Shown in pieces: positions 60,585-64,000 of a stretch of DNA of 64,000 bases. The stretch comes from Acidobacteriota bacterium. Lineage in GTDB: Bacteria > Acidobacteriota > Thermoanaerobaculia > Gp7-AA8. How positions within the stretch are numbered: position 1 is the first letter of the stretch; each line of letters starts with the position of its first letter. The position numbers were made by a program, and so were the translations under genes. Under the pieces are notes generated by a model. It did no database searches. It saw only the letters and a program-made list of their open reading frames with translations, and was not told the origin of the DNA. Location: assembly GCA_019244185.1 (NCBI GenBank), contig JAFATB010000018.1:32001-96000 (forward strand), given 5' to 3'.

Positions 60585-62059
60585 ACGACGACGTCCGCCG
60601 CTACGTGCGCGACCTCCACGCCGGCGGCGTGATCTGGTTCCAGTCGACGACCGCCGAGACCGCGCGCGTCAACGCGGAGCTGCAGTCGCTCGCGAAGACG
60701 CCGCTGCTCGTCAGCGCCGATCTCGAGTCGGGTATGGGCATGCGCTTCACCGACGCGACGTGGTGGCCTCCGGCGATGGCCGTCGCCGCCGCGGGCGATC
60801 CGGAGCTGGCGTTCCAGCAGGGGCGCGCCACCGCGAGCGAGGCGCGCGCCATCGGCGTGCAGCACATCCTCGCGCCGGTCGCCGACGTGAACGTCGATCC
60901 CGCCAATCCCGTGATCAACACGCGCAGCTTCGGCGAAGATCCGCACGAGGTCGCGCGGTACGTCGCCGCATTCGTGCGCGGCATCCAAAGCGAAGGCGCG
61001 CTCGCGACCGCGAAGCATTTCCCCGGACACGGCAACACGCACGTCGACTCGCACCGCGCCTTGCCGGTGCTCGACGTCGACCGCGAACGCCTCGACCGCG
61101 TCGAGCTCGTGCCGTTCCGCGCCGCGATCGACGCCGGCGTCGCCTCGATCATGATCGGCCACCTCGCCGTGCCCGCGCTCGATCCGACGCTCGCGCCGGT
61201 GCGCGCGGAATTCGAAAACATCTACGGCACCGCGCGCGACGAAGTGACGCGCGGCGGCACGCTGCCCGCCACGCTCTCGCGTCCCGTGATCGAAGATCTC
61301 CTACGTCGCGACCTCGGCTTTCGCGGCCTCGTCGTCACCGACAGCTTCGACATGGGCGGTCTCGCCGCGCACTTCGATCCGGGCGAAGCGGCCGTGCGCG
61401 CGATCGAGGCCGGCAACGACCAGGTGCTCTACTCCGCCGACACCGACGCCGCGATCGCCGCCGTGCACGCCGCGGTCCGCAGCGGACGCCTGCCGCTCGG
61501 GCGCATCGATGCATCCGTCGAGCGCATCCTCGCCGCGAAGCGCGCGCTCTCCTCGCTGCCGTCGCGGAACGTCCTCCGCAACGACGACGTCGCGTACGAG
61601 CTCGCACGCCGCTCCATCACGCTCGTGCGCGATGAACGCGGCCTGCTGCCGCTGCGCGCGCGCAAGCTCACCGCCGTCGTCGTTAGCGATCGCCCCGAAC
61701 CGAATCCGCTGCACGATGCGCTTCACGCGCTCGCCGCCGATCGCGTGCTCACGCTCGACGCGACGAGCGAAGACGTCGACGTGGACGCCGAGCTCCTCGT
61801 GCTCCTGCTCGCGCTGCGTCCGATCTCCGGCGCCGGCCGCATCGCCGTTCCCGCCGCCGCGCGACGTCTCGCCGAACGCCACGCGCGCAGCTGCATCGCG
61901 ATCTCGTTCGGCAGCCCGTACGTGGCGCGCGAGCTCGAGGGCGTCTCCACCTTCCTCTGCGCGTGGGGCATCCAGCCTCTGCTGCAACGCGCGGCCATCG
62001 ACGCGTTGCGCGGCGCGATTCCGTTTCGCGGACGTCTGCCGGTGACGATTCCGTCTTGA
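60524..62059 (+). CDS. nagZ: GH3 beta-N-acetylglucosaminidase
   Basis: KIGQL, APVADV, RSFG, KHFPGHG..DSH, TDS; GTG start inferred. Confidence 0.88.
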   Translation: MDLSRKIGQLFVVAARGGALNDDVRRYVRDLHAGGVIWFQSTTAETARVNAELQSLAKTPLLVSADLESGMGMRFTDATWWPPAMAVAAAGDPELAFQQGRATASEARAIGVQHILAPVADVNVDPANPVINTRSFGEDPHEVARYVAAFVRGIQSEGALATAKHFPGHGNTHVDSHRALPVLDVDRERLDRVELVPFRAAIDAGVASIMIGHLAVPALDPTLAPVRAEFENIYGTARDEVTRGGTLPATLSRPVIEDLLRRDLGFRGLVVTDSFDMGGLAAHFDPGEAAVRAIEAGNDQVLYSADTDAAIAAVHAAVRSGRLPLGRIDASVERILAAKRALSSLPSRNVLRNDDVAYELARRSITLVRDERGLLPLRARKLTAVVVSDRPEPNPLHDALHALAADRVLTLDATSEDVDVDAELLVLLLALRPISGAGRIAVPAAARRLAERHARSCIAISFGSPYVARELEGVSTFLCAWGIQPLLQRAAIDALRGAIPFRGRLPVTIPS

Positions 62060-62076
62060 TTGATTAGGATGCGTGC

Positions 62077-64000
62077 GTGCGTCGCGCCCGGTTGCTGCTG
62101 TTCCTGCTGGCCGCCGCCTGCGCGACGGCGCCGGCGCCGCCCCCGCACGCGACGTCGCCCTCGTTCGACGCCGCGAAGCTCACCGAGATCGACGCGGCGA
62201 TCGACGACGCCGTTGCGCACAAACGCATCCCCGGCGGCGTGCTCTGGATCGAGCATGACGGCGACACGTACCACCGCGCCTACGGCAAACGGGCGCTGAC
62301 GCCGGACGTCGAGTGGGCCACCGAGGACACGATCTACGACATCGCGTCGCTCACGAAAGTCGTCGCCACCGCGCCGTCGATCTGGCTGCTGATCGCCGAC
62401 GGCAAGATCGCGCTCGACGCGCCCGCGCGCATGTACCTCCCCGAGCTCGCCGACGACGCGATCACCGTCCGCCATCTGCTCACGCACACCTCCGGCCTGC
62501 GCCCCGACCTCGACCTCCACGAACAATGGATGGGCTACGACGAGGGCATCCGCCACGCGCTCGCCGAGAAGCCGCGCCATCGCCCCGGCACGGTCTTCAT
62601 CTACTCCGACATCAACTACATCCTCCTCGGCGAGATCGTGCATCGCGTCTCCGGCGAGACGCTCGACGACTTCGCGTTCCGCCGCATCTTCACGCCGCTC
62701 GGCATGACCGACACGAACTTCCAGCCGAGCCAGGGCGTCGTGCGCATCGCACCGACCGAACGCCTCTACGACGATCCGCTCGCGCCCGATCCCGTGATCC
62801 TGCGCGGCGTCGTGCACGATCCCACCGCGCGGCGCATGGACGGTGTCGCCGGACACGCGGGACTCTTCTCCACCGCCGCCGATCTCGCCAAATTCGCGCG
62901 CGCGGTGCTCGCGGGCAACTTCTTTCCGCGCGAGATGACGGAGATCGCGACGCCGCCGGAGATGCCGATCAAACGCGCCGCCGGCTTCGACGTCGACTCC
63001 GCGTACAGCCGCCCGCGCGGCGATCTCTTTCCCATCGGCTCGTTCGGTCACACGGGCTGGACCGGCGGCTTCTTCTGGATCGATCCGTCGTCGCACGCGT
63101 TCTACATCTTTCTCTCGAATCGCGTGCATCCGAACGGACAAGGCAGCGTCACCGCCCTCCAGCAACGCCTCGGCACACTCGTCGCCGAATCGCTCCGCGG
63201 CGCCACGTTCACTCCCGTCCCGCGCCGCGTCGGCTGGGTCACCGGCGGCGGCGCCGCGCAGAACGGCATCGACGTGCTCGACGCGAACGGCTACGCCGCA
63301 CTCCGCGGCCTGCGCATCGGTCTCATCACGAATCAAACCGGCATCGATCACGCCGGCAACCTGACCATCGATCTGCTGCGCGGCGCGCCCGACGTGACGC
63401 TCGTCTCCGTCTTCAGCCCCGAACACGGCATCAGCGGCATCGCCGACGACAACATCTCCGACGACCGCATCCGCGGCCTGCCGCTCTACAGCCTTTACGG
63501 CGATCGCCGCAAGCCTCTGCCCGAACAACTCGCGAACCTCGACGCGCTGGTCTTCGACATCCAGGACATCGGCACGCGCTTCTACACCTACATCTCGACG
63601 ATGGGCCTCGCCATGGAAGCCGCCGCCGACGCGAAGATCAAGTTCATCGTGCTCGATCGCGTGAATCCCATCGGCGGCGACGTCGTCGAAGGTCCCGTGC
63701 TCCAGGGCGACACGAACTTCACCGGCTTCCATCCGATCGCGATCCGCCACGGAATGACCGTCGGCGAGCTCGCACGCATGTTCCGCGCGGAGCGCAAGAT
63801 CGATGTCGATCTCACCGTGATCCCCGTCCACGGCTGGGCGCGCAATCAGTGGCAGGACGAAGCCGGCTTACCGTGGGTGAACCCGTCCCCGAACATCCGC
63901 AGCCTCGACGCCGCCGCGCTCTATCCCGGCCTCGGACTCCTCGAACGCGCGCTCTCCGTCGGCCGCGGCACCGACACGCCCTTCGAAATCGTTGGTGCAC
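62077..64000 (+). CDS. Lipoprotein fusion of serine hydrolase (beta-lactamase-like) and DUF1343/NamZ-like exo-N-acetylmuramidase; 3'-truncated by the window
   Basis: Lipobox LAAAC; ASLTK, YSD, GHAGLFS, GHTGWTG; then GLITNQTG, SPEHG, DIQDIGTRFYTY, RHGMTVGELA, PSPN. Confidence 0.88.
   Translation, partial: MRRARLLLFLLAAACATAPAPPPHATSPSFDAAKLTEIDAAIDDAVAHKRIPGGVLWIEHDGDTYHRAYGKRALTPDVEWATEDTIYDIASLTKVVATAPSIWLLIADGKIALDAPARMYLPELADDAITVRHLLTHTSGLRPDLDLHEQWMGYDEGIRHALAEKPRHRPGTVFIYSDINYILLGEIVHRVSGETLDDFAFRRIFTPLGMTDTNFQPSQGVVRIAPTERLYDDPLAPDPVILRGVVHDPTARRMDGVAGHAGLFSTAADLAKFARAVLAGNFFPREMTEIATPPEMPIKRAAGFDVDSAYSRPRGDLFPIGSFGHTGWTGGFFWIDPSSHAFYIFLSNRVHPNGQGSVTALQQRLGTLVAESLRGATFTPVPRRVGWVTGGGAAQNGIDVLDANGYAALRGLRIGLITNQTGIDHAGNLTIDLLRGAPDVTLVSVFSPEHGISGIADDNISDDRIRGLPLYSLYGDRRKPLPEQLANLDALVFDIQDIGTRFYTYISTMGLAMEAAADAKIKFIVLDRVNPIGGDVVEGPVLQGDTNFTGFHPIAIRHGMTVGELARMFRAERKIDVDLTVIPVHGWARNQWQDEAGLPWVNPSPNIRSLDAAALYPGLGLLERALSVGRGTDTPFEIVGA

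Overview
High-GC bacterial chromosomal window, mostly housekeeping and densely packed. GWxTD and VWA-domain exported proteins plus a DUF4388-like protein suggest Acidobacteriota, possibly Thermoanaerobaculia (inference). Main content in order: REC-GGDEF diguanylate cyclase; class II aldolase; GntR plus serine hydrolase; sdaAB/sdaAA; two tandem GWxTD-VWA genes (a third VWA gene lies at 45.5-46.9 kb); iscS-like gene; lgt; aroC; rmuC; trpGDCFBA (no trpE); chorismate mutase and DAHP synthase; rpsF-rpsR-DUF2232-rplI; ilvE; radC; cobB; two PPIases; mfd; SLT; a Xer-like recombinase; MarR/DinB/ABC; a copper radical oxidase; and a peptidoglycan-recycling-type cluster running off the end. No rRNA, tRNA, CRISPR array or transposase was seen. 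Most notable unannotated signals: (1) a complete Tyr-codon leader-peptide attenuator (MNHSALRYAYYYGYYS) before chorismate mutase/DAHP synthase, and a weaker single-Trp leader before trpG; (2) an alpha/beta-hydrolase islet followed by two RBS-equipped Gly/Ser/Lys micro-ORFs; (3) a heptamer-based inverted repeat that appears to encode a signal peptide; (4) GTAG-type REP/REPIN elements; (5) a diverged 244-bp tandem duplication of the radC 5' end. All calls come from reading the sequence by eye; no database search was run.
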